DNA of 64,000 bases from Bispira polyomma (taxonomy: Eukaryota): assembly GCA_965649765.1 (NCBI GenBank), contig OZ287752.1, forward strand, positions 86,552,001-86,616,000, read 5' to 3'. Within the stretch, counting starts at the first letter, position 1. The number at the start of each line of letters is the position of its first letter. The notes beneath the pieces are model-generated. The model was not told the origin of the DNA, made no database searches, and worked only from the letters and a program-made list of their open reading frames with translations. The position numbers and the translations under genes were made by a program. Below are positions 49,639 through 61,200 of the stretch, one piece after another.

Positions 49639-50116
49639 TTGGGGTTGTTTATTTGCATTTTTATTCTATACTATATATTATACAACTGCTAAATATCTAA
49701 ATAATGTTTGGGGCCACCTTACCACTCTACTTTTAAACCATTAACTTAATTCGCAACTCTTTATCAAATCTTAAGGGTAACCTTAACAAAAAGTTAAGGT
49801 CACCTTCAAGTCAAAATCTTACACACTTTAAGGTAGCCTCATTGTTAAAGTTAAGGCTACCTTACTTTTTCAAAATTTTATGGTCACCTTAAGTTGTTCA
49901 TAATTTAAGGTCACCTTACTTATTAACTTAACTTCCCGGTGCCTTAATTTAAGGTCACCTTATCTCATCCACTTAAACTCTTGGTGCTTGGGTGGCCCCT
50001 CTACTCAGTATATGAATAAAAGTTAGAGATTAATATAGTCATTAAAACTAATATCCCCACTTTGCCTCTTTTTATTGTGTTCCAAATCCATTCCCAACTG
50101 CACTGGTACGGCACTG
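49639..50116 (+). repeat. Split direct repeat B2
   Basis: Near-identical to B1; ends GGTACGGCACTG. Confidence 0.95.
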
Positions 50117-50984
50117 ATAATGGAACTCTGAAAGCAAAATCCGTTTTGAAAAAAAAACATTTAAACTAATCTAAAAGGTATCTTTTATCTAGGTGTAAGA
50201 TTATTCCTCTCATGGCAAGTTAATGAGTTAATGTATTAATTCTCAACAGTGTTTATCTATACTGTTATGCACATGTATGTAAAATTGCCTTGTGATTTGT
50301 GCAGTTAAAATTAACCTCAAGGGTTTACAGTCAAAGTTAGCAGTTATAATACTAATTGACAATGTTTTTATGTTTAAGATTACTAGAAAACAACTAATCA
50401 AGCTCCAATATATATTTGATCAAGTGAATTCATATCATAAAATACGTATATGTTTATGCTTAAGTGAAATTCTCAAAAGCTAGAATAATTGGCACCTTTT
50501 GCCCATAAATTATGATCTATCAAAATATCTACCTTAAGGTCTCTTTTACAAATTTGGCTTGATTAGCTTCGGCACGCATACTTCTCTGAAAGATTGTTAT
50601 ATCTATTTGCAAAACTGTTGCATATGTTAACAAAATAAATATCACACAAAATAGAAAAGTGTGAGTGTTAACCTCACAATTTTTTAAGATGTTTCTACTC
50701 TAAAGTCTACAAATATGTACAAGGGAGGAGGGTTGGGAGATTTTTGACGTTGTTAGTTTGACTTCTGACTTAATAATGAGTTTATCATGGAAAGGACGTG
50801 AAAACATTGAGGAGAGTAAGAGGGACTTGTCTTCTGACTCATCAGTGAGATTAATGAAAAGGGGCGCGAAATCGCCAAGGAGAGTAAGAGGGTTATTCGG
50901 TGCTGATACCTAGATGCAGCACTAGGGTTGGAGTGACTGTTATAAGCAAATAGTTTTAAAAATACAAGTGCAGTGAAGAATAGA

Positions 50985-51090
50985 TTTTTGATTTGCAATT
51001 AACGTTTTGGGTTTGTTGCGTCTTAGAATTTGTTGTACAAAGATTAAGCGCTATAAAAGTACGACTAGATTAGATTTAGATTAGAATAGA
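50985..51090 (+). mobile_element. L2 LINE extreme 3' end with (TAGAT)n tail
   Basis: GTTTTGGGTTTGTTGCG(T/C)CTTAGAATTTGTTGTACAAAGAT...GACTAGATTAGATT matches 25240-25318. Confidence 0.85.
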
Positions 51091-51766
51091 ATTTTCGCGA
51101 CTGACTAGCCATGCTACTTTGTGGCAGTGATGAAGACATGTATATTCGATAATGTGTTCACCTCACTTAGTTTCTGACAAGGAAAAAGAAAATGACAAGA
51201 AATTAACCATGCTGTGTTAAACTCATATGTTGATATTATGTTTTGGATCAATAATTGCAGCCACATGTATTTGTTTGTAACAATAAAAAGTATGACAAAT
51301 ATTGCGTCAGTTTTGTATCAGTGCATTATCATTTACCTTAAAACTTTACCACTACACTTTAAAGAAATTAAATTGGAACTACATTTTATTGTATTTGGAA
51401 TTTGTATTACTAAAAATACTTTATATGCTAACAATTTTTTTTTGAAACGGCCCCTCAAAATGGCCTGACACAGGTTTTTTGGTTCCTGCTATATTTGGCA
51501 AATATTATAGTTATATAATGTCAGTTATAAACAATACTTCTGAAATATTGTCGTGATAACTACATGGAACATGAAGATATGAATTATTTTGGTTTACGTG
51601 CTATATTTTAGTTTTAATGGAACTTTTGAAAATCATGCATTCCTGTGAAGGACATTGATATGCATGATACATATCGTGTGGTTAATATTGACATATTGGT
51701 AAAAACAGAGAAGTTTAGTGTTTGGTTTGGTTTTTTTCATACTTCTATAAATGATGTTTTCAAGTA

Positions 51767-53167
51767 ATGGTTAAGCAAAAAAGAAAACACAGAAAGAGTG
51801 GAAACACCCCAGATAATAAAAATAGCCCAGAAGAGAAAAAACAAAGAACTTTGGATAACTTTGTAAAAGGGAATATGGCTAAAGCAGGTGAAGAAATGCT
51901 TCATGAACTGAGTGATTTTGGTGAACAAGATTCACCAACTTCAACTGGTGGTAAGACAGATAGTGAATTAATGCTAAAGGAAATACTACATATGGTTAAA
52001 GCTAACAACAGTAAACTTGATATCTTAACAAAAACAGTAGACAAGGTTGTAGCTGATGTCAAAAAGCAAGGTAGAGAAATAGAAAATCTGAAAGAGTCTG
52101 TATCGTTTACCCAAACAGAAATTAACACATTAAAAAAAGATCTGAGAGATGTAAAACAAAAAACTGTGAGTGACGCAAAAGTCACATGCTTGGAATCGGT
52201 CATGAAGCAACAATACAAAGCGATGCAAGAAAAGTTAACCAACATGGAAGCGTACTCGAGAAGAAACAATTTAATCTTTGAAGGAATCTCTGAAACAGAG
52301 AATGAAAACTGTTTTCACAAGGTTATACAACTCTTACAACAGGATCTAAAAATAGAAAATGCTGGAGAACGGATAAAGTTGGTAAATGCCCACCGAACAG
52401 GCATGAAGGGTCTTCATAGGCCAAGACCTATATTGGCCAGATTCCACTATTACCCAGATGTAGTTGAAGTGTATAAACGGAGATTTGGACTGAAATATGG
52501 ACAAGGATTTACAAAATATTTTATACTACAGGATTATCCGGATAAGATGGTGAGAGTTAGGCAACAGCTTAATCTGGTTTTAAAAGAGGCAAGAAGAGTG
52601 CAGATGAAGGCATATATGTTCAAAGATAAATTGTGTGTTAACGGAAGAGTCCTCGGATTACAAGACTGCTATCATCTGCCAGGAGTTGATGTTCACAGGA
52701 TTGGGATGAGACATTCTGCTGATAGTGTTTTGTTTCATGGTCGCTTCAACCCACTCAGTAACTTCTACCCAACCAACTTTACAGTTGATGGTATCAGTTA
52801 CAGCTGTTCAGAGCAGTACTACCAGTACCAGCATGCTCTGTTCTGTGGTCAGACCCGTATGGCCTCTAATATCCTGTTTGAAGAAGATCCAGTAGAGATG
52901 AAGAAGTTGGCAGCCAGACTGGAGAAGGAAGAATGGCAACAAAAGTTTGCAGTACAGGCGATGACAACGTGTTTGAGGGCTAAATTCGAACAAAATAAAC
53001 AATTACTCAAATTCCTAAAGGATACTGGTGAAAGACAGTTGATAGAGTGCAACAAATATGACTCGTTCTGGGGAAGTGGTGTCAGCATTACAGACAAGAA
53101 TGCACATAGAGGAAAAGGACAAAATAAACTTGGCCAGTGCTTAATGCAAGTTAGAAGCGAACTGTAA
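51767..53167 (+). CDS. LINE ORF1p (coiled coil + RRM + CTD) fused to C-terminal NADAR/YbiA (DUF1768) domain
   Basis: aa ~60-160 coiled coil. SRRNNLIFEGISE, AHRTG, RPRPILARF, QDYP and KLCVNG mark the L1/Tx1 ORF1 fold. aa ~321-466 carry the NADAR signature LSNFYP..F.VDG..Y..SEQYYQ...W...M...LRAKFEQN...L..TG...LIE...DSFWG.G...GQNKLGQCLMQVRSEL. The ORF is uninterrupted. Confidence 0.92.
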   Translation: MVKQKRKHRKSGNTPDNKNSPEEKKQRTLDNFVKGNMAKAGEEMLHELSDFGEQDSPTSTGGKTDSELMLKEILHMVKANNSKLDILTKTVDKVVADVKKQGREIENLKESVSFTQTEINTLKKDLRDVKQKTVSDAKVTCLESVMKQQYKAMQEKLTNMEAYSRRNNLIFEGISETENENCFHKVIQLLQQDLKIENAGERIKLVNAHRTGMKGLHRPRPILARFHYYPDVVEVYKRRFGLKYGQGFTKYFILQDYPDKMVRVRQQLNLVLKEARRVQMKAYMFKDKLCVNGRVLGLQDCYHLPGVDVHRIGMRHSADSVLFHGRFNPLSNFYPTNFTVDGISYSCSEQYYQYQHALFCGQTRMASNILFEEDPVEMKKLAARLEKEEWQQKFAVQAMTTCLRAKFEQNKQLLKFLKDTGERQLIECNKYDSFWGSGVSITDKNAHRGKGQNKLGQCLMQVRSEL

Positions 53168-54087
53168 GATCTGTAAGTAGTGTAGTATTGCATTCATTTT
53201 TTTTTTCTTCCATTGGGACAATTTATATATGTATAAAAGTAAGAAGAATCAAACAAAAAATAATTTATAAAGCCATTGATAGGTGAATGACAGTCACTAA
53301 TCTTGCTACACAACAATATATTGTAGTATAATATGTTATTTCCCCTTAAAAAAAGAAAAGATAGGAAACATGTAAATTCTCTTATTGGTTAATAAAATAT
53401 ATTCATCTTTAGATTTTAATATAGTGTCATTTTGTGTGTGGTGTATTCTATAGAACATAGCTGACAAGAAAGAAAAATAGGACAATTTAGAAAAATGCCA
53501 TATACAGGGGCAAAAAACTTGTGAGATGGCCCCTCTAAAATTCATGTGGTGGACTGAAATGACCTGCACAGAAGTAAAATTATACTTGATGTGTACTGGG
53601 CCTCAGAGTCCTTATTCCAACCCAGTGTTTTTCCTTGTTCATTTTGATCTTTACAACATTAACACCGAAAAGTCTTTCAAGGGAACACCAGCTTCTATTT
53701 TCAGGCTTCAATTTGGGTTTCCTATTTTTGTTTTTTTACTTGTTGAAGAGGAGAGCTGTTTTTGTGTAATTTACAGTACTTTAATATTGTCACTTGTGCT
53801 TAGTGTTATATTTCATGTTTTGATCTGTGTTGAATTTGTCACAAAACTTTGTGGTCAGTGTGAAAGAAATACCATTAGTGCTAGAATTAATGATTATATG
53901 AACTTAGGCCCATTTTATACTATGAAGTAATAAATGAGAGTTTAACAGAACTTTTAGTAAAGATTATTTCTATTCAATGGCTTCTGTTATACAGTAGTAA
54001 ATTTCAATATAAACATTTTAAAATGAAATTGGATGTGATAGTTATCCTTAATTTTGAAACTTTTAGAGAATTACAATTGTTTGTATA

Positions 54088-57000
54088 ATGATGATGACCA
54101 AGTTAAAAATTTGTAGTATGAATGTCAGAGGTATAACTGATAAAACAAAACGAAATGATCTTTTCAACTGGCTCAAACAAAAACACTTTCGATATATTGT
54201 TTACAAGATATCCATGTAGGCCCTGGTAAAGAACTGCTATTAAAACAGGAGTGGGGTGGACAGGTCCTAACTAATGTGGTCGCATCTGATTCTAGAGGGG
54301 TAGCCATATTGTTTGAAAATAAAATTGATTTGAAAATTTCAGATGTTTATAAAGATGATAATGGCAATGTTTTAATGGTTAAGATTGATATAGAAAATAC
54401 AATCACATTTTGGCTAGTAGTGATATACGGCCCAAATAGGGATTCTCCAGAATTCTATAATAATATTAATACTTTACTACAAGATAAAACTGAGGTCCCA
54501 GTTATATTGTGTGGAGACTGGAATTTGGTCCTAAATTTTGAAAAAGATACTTTGGGATATAAAAAAGAAAATAATCCAAAGTCCAGGGGAAAATTACAAA
54601 ATATTATAGATATTTATGAGCTTGTTGACACATGGAGATCTGTGAATCCTGAAGCACAGTGTTATACATGGACAAGTGCCAAAAAACCACTGCAAATGGC
54701 TAGATTAGATTATTTTTTGGTATCATCTGACATTCATTCTAAAATTAGTAAACATATTATATCTTTTGCATATAGAAGTGATCATTCGTTTGTGGGAATT
54801 GAAATTGATATGCAAGAGTTAACCAGAGGTAAAGGATTTTGGAAATTTAATGTGTCTTTGTTATATGACCCAGATTATGTCAAAAAAGTTAAAAATGAAT
54901 TAAAAAATATAGAATTAGATTTTTGCAAAACGGATGGTCACAATACATGTATCTGTTTAAAACAAATGTTATTGGAAGTAATAAAGTTATGAATAAGGGG
55001 AATAACAATTAGATATGCAGCCTTTAAAAAGAAAAATAATTTACAAAAGGAAAAAGATTTAGAGATTAAAATTACGGCACTAGAAGCTAAGCTTGCACAA
55101 AGAAACTATCCAGACCAAAATATTCAACATGAAGATATGGTATGCCTTGAAAAATATAAGGAAGATTTAAAAGTAACTAGACAGCCAAAATTAACAGCCT
55201 TAATGATGAGATCAAGGGCACAAATTTATGAGTATAATGAAAAGCCATCGAATTATTTTTGTAATTTGGAGAAACGAAATTATTTAAATAAATTAGTCTC
55301 AAAATTAGACAATGGGAACAAAATTTTAACTGATCAAGGTTTAATACTAGAAGAAATAAAAAATTATTATAATGACTTATATGACAGTAAAATTTGTCCA
55401 GACACTTCACCACATTTAAAAATATTTTTAAATGAGAGGAATATTCAGTGTCTAAGCAATGAGGAAATAAATCATTGTGAAGGATTAATAACCGAACTTG
55501 AGATAAAAAGAGTCCTAAAAGACATGAAAAATGGGAAAACCCCAGGTTCAGATGGTTTTCCATCGGAGTTTTATAAATTTTTTTGGACTGACCTCAATAA
55601 ATTTGTTATGGACAGTATAAATGAAGCCTTTGAAAAGAACGAGTTATCTATAACTCAGAAACAAGGGATCATTACTTTAGTGCCTAAACCAGGTAAATCA
55701 AGACTATCTCTCAAGAATTGGCGTCCCATTACATTGGTGAATGTTGACTATAAGCTTATATCAGGTGTACTTGCTTTGCGAATGAAAAAAATTCTACCCA
55801 AAATTATAAGTAACGCTCAAAAAGGCTTCTTGAAAAATCGATATATTGGCGAAAATATAAGGACTACATATGATATTATCCATTTTCTCAAATTAAAACA
55901 AAGAACTGGCTTACTTTTGCTCATAGATTTTGAAAAAGCCTTCGACTCTCTAGAATGGGCTTACATCAGAAAAGTTCTGTATGCATATAAGTTTGGACAA
56001 AATTTTATAAAATGGTATAACCTTCTCTATAATAATTCCTGTAGCTGTGTTGTTAATAATGGCTTCTTCTCTGAATTTTTTTAATTTACACAGAGGGTGT
56101 CGACAAGGGGATCCGCTTAGCCCTTATTTGTTCATACTAGCTATAGAACCACTCTCTTTAGAGATTAAGCAAAACAAATCCATAAAAGGTGTTAATGTGG
56201 GCAATATAATAAGCAAGATAGGTCACTATGCAGATGACACCTTCCTTCTGTTAGATAAAAGTGAATCCTCATTACAGGAAGCTATTCAAACTTTTCAGAG
56301 ATTTTATCTGTGCTCTGGTCTAAAAATAAATGTAGATAAAACACAATGTGTATGTCTTGGTAATAACACAGCTGCAACAACAATAAGTGGGGATTACAAT
56401 TTAGTATGGACAGAACATTTTAATCTTCTTGGAATTAAGTTTGATAGAAATTTGAATAAAATGGTTGAAATTAATTTTAAAGATGCTATCACTAAGATCG
56501 AAAAACTTTTATTTCAGTATAAGAAATATCATTTATCCCTCATTGGAAAAGTCACTGTTATCAAAACACTTGTTCTTCCCAAATTAGTTTATCCACTCAC
56601 TGTTCTTCCAGCTCCCTCAGAAGATATATTTCGAAACTTACAAAAAATTATTAAAGATTTTATTTGGAAGGATAATGTCCGCATATCAACATCGCAACTA
56701 GAGAAAACAGTGTTACAGGGTGGGTTAAAATTACCTAATATTAGGGTTTTTCATCGTACATTGAAACTATCATGGATAAAGAGATTAATAGAGTCTGATG
56801 GCACATGGCAACACTTATTTGGACACACTATTGGTAGTATGACAAAAAAAAGCTACTGGGAATTAGACACAACCTCACTCAACAAAAATTTGGATTTAAC
56901 TGGAAACAAATTCTGGTACGAAGTTACCAAATATTGGATTGAATATAAGCAAAATTTTGAAACAGATTTAGATTATAGATGCTTCCCCTTGTGGAACACA

Positions 57001-57876
57001 TATTTTATTCAAAATAAAAACTTAATTTATAAGCAACAGTATTTTCAAAGTAAAGGTCTAAGCTATATTAATGACCTGATGCATAAAGATGGAGGCTTTT
57101 TGGGTTACAATGATTTTTGTACCAAATTTAATACAAATATCAATTTTGTCGACTTCTATAGCCTTATGCATTCAATACCGAAGGAATGGAAAATGTGTTG
57201 TATCACAAAGTTAGGTCAGGTGAAACATAAAATTTTAGAAAATGTATTAAAAATGCCAAAAGTTTGCAACGGTGTATATTGGAAAGTTATTGGAAACATT
57301 AAAGTAGAAAGGTCACATATTTCAAAATGGTCAGCTATCCTTAATAAAACACTTGACCCTGAAAGCATGAGTGGTTTTTATAATACAAATTATAGATGCA
57401 CGATGGAAACTAGAATGAGGGATTTTCAGTATAAAATTATCCAAAGAGTTCTTCCTACAAATAGGTATTTGAAGCTTTGCAAGTTAAAAGATACAGACAA
57501 CTGTTATTTCTGTAATAGTGAAGTTGAAACTATAGAACATTTGTTTTGGTAGTGCTCGAAGATTAATTCCTTTTGGTACTTAATAGCAGAAAGGCTAAAG
57601 TCCGCTTTCGATATACAGAACATACTAAAGTCCGAAAACATACTACTAGGATTTACAGGACATAGCAATAACAGACTTATAAATCATGTATTGAATATTG
57701 TTAAAAGATATATTTATGTAACCAAATGTAAAGAAGAAGTTCTCAGTGTAACGGCTGCCATTAACTACATCAAATTTTATTATAATATCGAAAAAATAAT
57801 TATTTCTAGAAAGGGTGGCAGTAAAGAAATTTTAGAGGAAAAGTGGAAACCATTGTCAACATTTTTAAAACACTAA
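54088..57876 (+). pseudogene. LINE ORF2 (APE endonuclease, RT, C-terminal zinc knuckle); 2 frameshifts (~54190, ~56080) and 2 stops (54990, 57550)
   Basis: APE motifs SMNVRG, CLQDIH, IYGPN, CGDWN, RLDYF and SDHS. RT motifs KTPGSDG, WRPITLVNVDYK, DFEKAFDS, GCRQGDPLSP and YADD. C-terminal CYFC...ETIEHLFW*C. Confidence 0.95.
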
Positions 57877-58275
57877 TTTGGGTATTAAATTTTAAAATAT
57901 ATGTAGTATTATTTATAGAAATAAGCAGCTATAGTCAATTATTTTTACATTATCATCATTTGTGACACACACTTCTGTGTTTTTGTCTGAATTCAGACTT
58001 CTGTATTGTTATCTGATTTGAGCCAAGGCATTTGAGTATGAAAGTGTTTGTATCACACCGACATTCATCATATTTTGTGGAGCTCTGCAAAAAAAAAAAA
58101 AAAAAAGTGTACAGTAACTGAAAACTGGCATCTATGTTGAAAATTACTATCTATGTTTTTAAAACACCGTGGGGTGTGTGTCAGCTGCCAGAAATGTGCA
58201 TTTGCTTTTAAATATGTACTATTTATCATATATTCATAATGCTAATTAATATATACTTGCCTGATTAAGAGCAAA

Positions 58276-61200
58276 AAACCATCACCTGTCATCCATCTAA
58301 CTACAGTACAGTAAACCATCACCTGTCACTCATCTAACTGGAGTACAGCAAACCATCACCTGTCATTCATCTAACTACAGTACAGTAAACCATCACCTGT
58401 TACTCATGTAACTGGAGTACAGCAAACCGTCACCTGTCACTCATCTAACTGGAGTACAGCAAACCGTCACCTGTCACTCATCTAACTGGAGTACAGCAAA
58501 CCATCACCTGTCACTCATCTAACTGAAGTACAGCAAACCATCATCTGTCATTCATCTAACTGAGGTACATCAAACCATCATCTCTCATTCATCTAACTGA
58601 AGTACAGCAAACCATCACCTGTCATTCATCTAATTGAGGTACATCAAACTATTACCTGTCACTCATCTAACTGGAGTACAGGATACCATCAACTGTTATT
58701 CATCTAAATACAGTACAGAAAACCATCATCTCTCATTCATCTAACTGAAGTACAGCAAACCATCACCTGTCACTCATCTAACTGAGGTACAGCAAACCAT
58801 CACCTGTCATTCATCTAACTACACTACAGCAAACCATCACCTGTCACTCATCTAACTACAGTACAGTAAACCATCACCTGTCACTCATCTAACTACAGTA
58901 TAGCAAACCATCACCTGTCATTCATCTAACTGAAGTACAGCAAACCATCACATGTTATTCATCTAACTACAGTACATCAAACCATCACCTGTCATTCACC
59001 TAACTGGAGTACAACAAACCATCACCTGTCATTCATCTAACTGGAGAACAGTAAACCATCACCTGTCACTCATCTAACTGAAGTACAGCAAAACATCACC
59101 TGTTATTCACCTAACTGGTGTACAGCAAACCATCACCTGTCATTCATCTAACTACAGTACAGCAAACCATCACCTGTCACTCATCTAACTGGAGTACAGC
59201 AAACCGTCACCTGTCACTCATCTAACTGGAGTACAGCAAACCATCACCTGTCGCTCATCTAACTGAAGTACAGCAAACCATCACCTGTTATTCATCTAAC
59301 TGAGGTACATCAAACCATCATCTCTCATTCATCTAACTGAAGTACAGCAAACCATCACCTGTCATTCATCTAATTGAGGTACATCAAACTATTACCTGTC
59401 ATTCATCTAATTGAGGTACATCAAACCATCACCTGTCATTCATCTAACTACAGTACAGCAAACCATCACCTGTCATTCACCTAACTGGAGTACAGCAAAC
59501 CATCACCTGTCATTCATCTAACTGGAGTACAGCAAACCATCACCTGTCACTCATCTAACTGAAGTATATCAAACCATCACCTGTCATTCATCTAACTGAA
59601 GTACAGCAAACCATCACCTGTCACTCATCTAACTGAAGTACAGCAAACCATCACATGTTATTCATCTAACTACAGTACAGCAAACCATCACCTGTCATTC
59701 ATCTAACTGGAGTACAACAAACCATCACCTGTCATTCATCTAACTGGAGAACAGCAAACCATCACCTGTCACTCATCTAACTGAAGTAGAGCAAACCATC
59801 ACCTGTTATTCATCTAACTACAGTACAGCGAACCATCACCTGTCATTCACCTAACTGGTGTACAGCAAACCATCACCTATCATTCATCTAACTACAGTAC
59901 AGCAAACCATCATCTCTCATTCATCTAACTGAAGTACAGCAAACCATCACCTGTCACTCATCTAACTGAGGTACAGCAAACCATCACCTGTCATTCATCT
60001 AACTACACTACAGCAAACCATCACCTGTCACTCATCTAACTACAGTACAGTAAACCATCACCTGTCACTCATCTAACTACAGTATAGCAAACCATCACCT
60101 GTCATTCATCTAACTGAAGTACAGCAAACCATCACATGTTATTCATCTAACTACAGTACATCAAACCATCACCTGTCATTCACCTAACTGGAGTACAACA
60201 AACCATCACCTGTCATTCATCTAACTGGAGAACAGTAAACCATCACCTGTCACTCATCTAACTGAAGTACAGCAAAACATCACCTGTTATTCACCTAACT
60301 GGTGTACAGCAAACCATCACCTGTCATTCATCTAACTACAGTACAGCAAACCATCACCTGTCACTCATCTAACTGGAGTACAGCAAACCGTCACCTGTCA
60401 CTCATCTAACTGGAGTACAGCAAACCATCACCTGTCGCTCATCTAACTGAAGTACAGCAAACCATCACCTGTTATTCATCTAACTGAGGTACATCAAACC
60501 ATCATCTCTCATTCATCTAACTGAAGTACAGCAAACCATCACCTGTCATTCATCTAATTGAGGTACATCAAACTATTACCTGTCATTCATCTAATTGAGG
60601 TACATCAAACCATCACCTGTCATTCATCTAACTACAGTACAGCAAACCATCACCTGTCATTCACCTAACTGGAGTACAGCAAACCATCACCTGTCATTCA
60701 TCTAACTGGAGTACAGCAAACCATCACCTGTCACTCATCTAACTGAAGTATATCAAACCATCACCTGTCATTCATCTAACTGAAGTACAGCAAACCATCA
60801 CCTGTCACTCATCTAACTGAAGTACAGCAAACCATCACATGTTATTCATCTAACTACAGTACAGCAAACCATCACCTGTCATTCATCTAACTGGAGTACA
60901 ACAAACCATCACCTGTCATTCATCTAACTGGAGAACAGCAAACCATCACCTGTCACTCATCTAACTGAAGTAGAGCAAACCATCACCTGTTATTCATCTA
61001 ACTACAGTACAGCGAACCATCACCTGTCATTCACCTAACTGGTGTACAGCAAACCATCACCTATCATTCATCTAACTACAGTACAGCAAACTATCAACTG
61101 TCATTCATCTAACTGGAGTACAGCAAACCATCACCTGTCATTCATCTAACTACAGTACAGTAAACCATCACCTGTTACTCATGTAACTGGAGTACAGCAA

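Larger units (their letters stand above)
43600..50116 (+). mobile_element. YR retrotransposon 3 (Ngaro/PAT-type split direct repeats), structurally complete, coding regions decayed
   Basis: Order is A1 - gag - pol - YR - B1 - A2 - spacer - B2. ACTG occurs at both ends and at the internal B1/A2 junction. Confidence 0.95.
51091..58106 (+). mobile_element. Near full-length L1/Tx1-clade non-LTR retrotransposon (5' boundary uncertain)
   Basis: L1-type ORF1, ~920-bp spacer, APE-RT-CCHC ORF2, 3' UTR and A18 tail at 58089-58106. No TSD was recognised. Confidence 0.88.

Noticed and set aside
52727-53164. Bacterial contamination or a stand-alone ybiA gene
   Set aside because: The domain is in frame with an L1-type ORF1, has host-like AT-rich composition and is flanked by eukaryotic repeats, so no gene symbol was assigned.
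53526-53930. 134-aa hydrophobic ORF in the LINE spacer as a third gene
   Set aside because: No recognisable motif; the hydrophobicity is explained by T-rich sequence.
51767-57876. Domestication of ORF1-NADAR because ORF1 is intact while ORF2 is broken
   Set aside because: Four lesions in 3.8 kb predict only ~1.5 in 1.4 kb, so seeing none is unremarkable.
51091-58130. Target-site duplication of the L1/Tx1 element
   Set aside because: The sequence after the poly(A) (GTGTACAGTAACTG) was not found upstream of ORF1.
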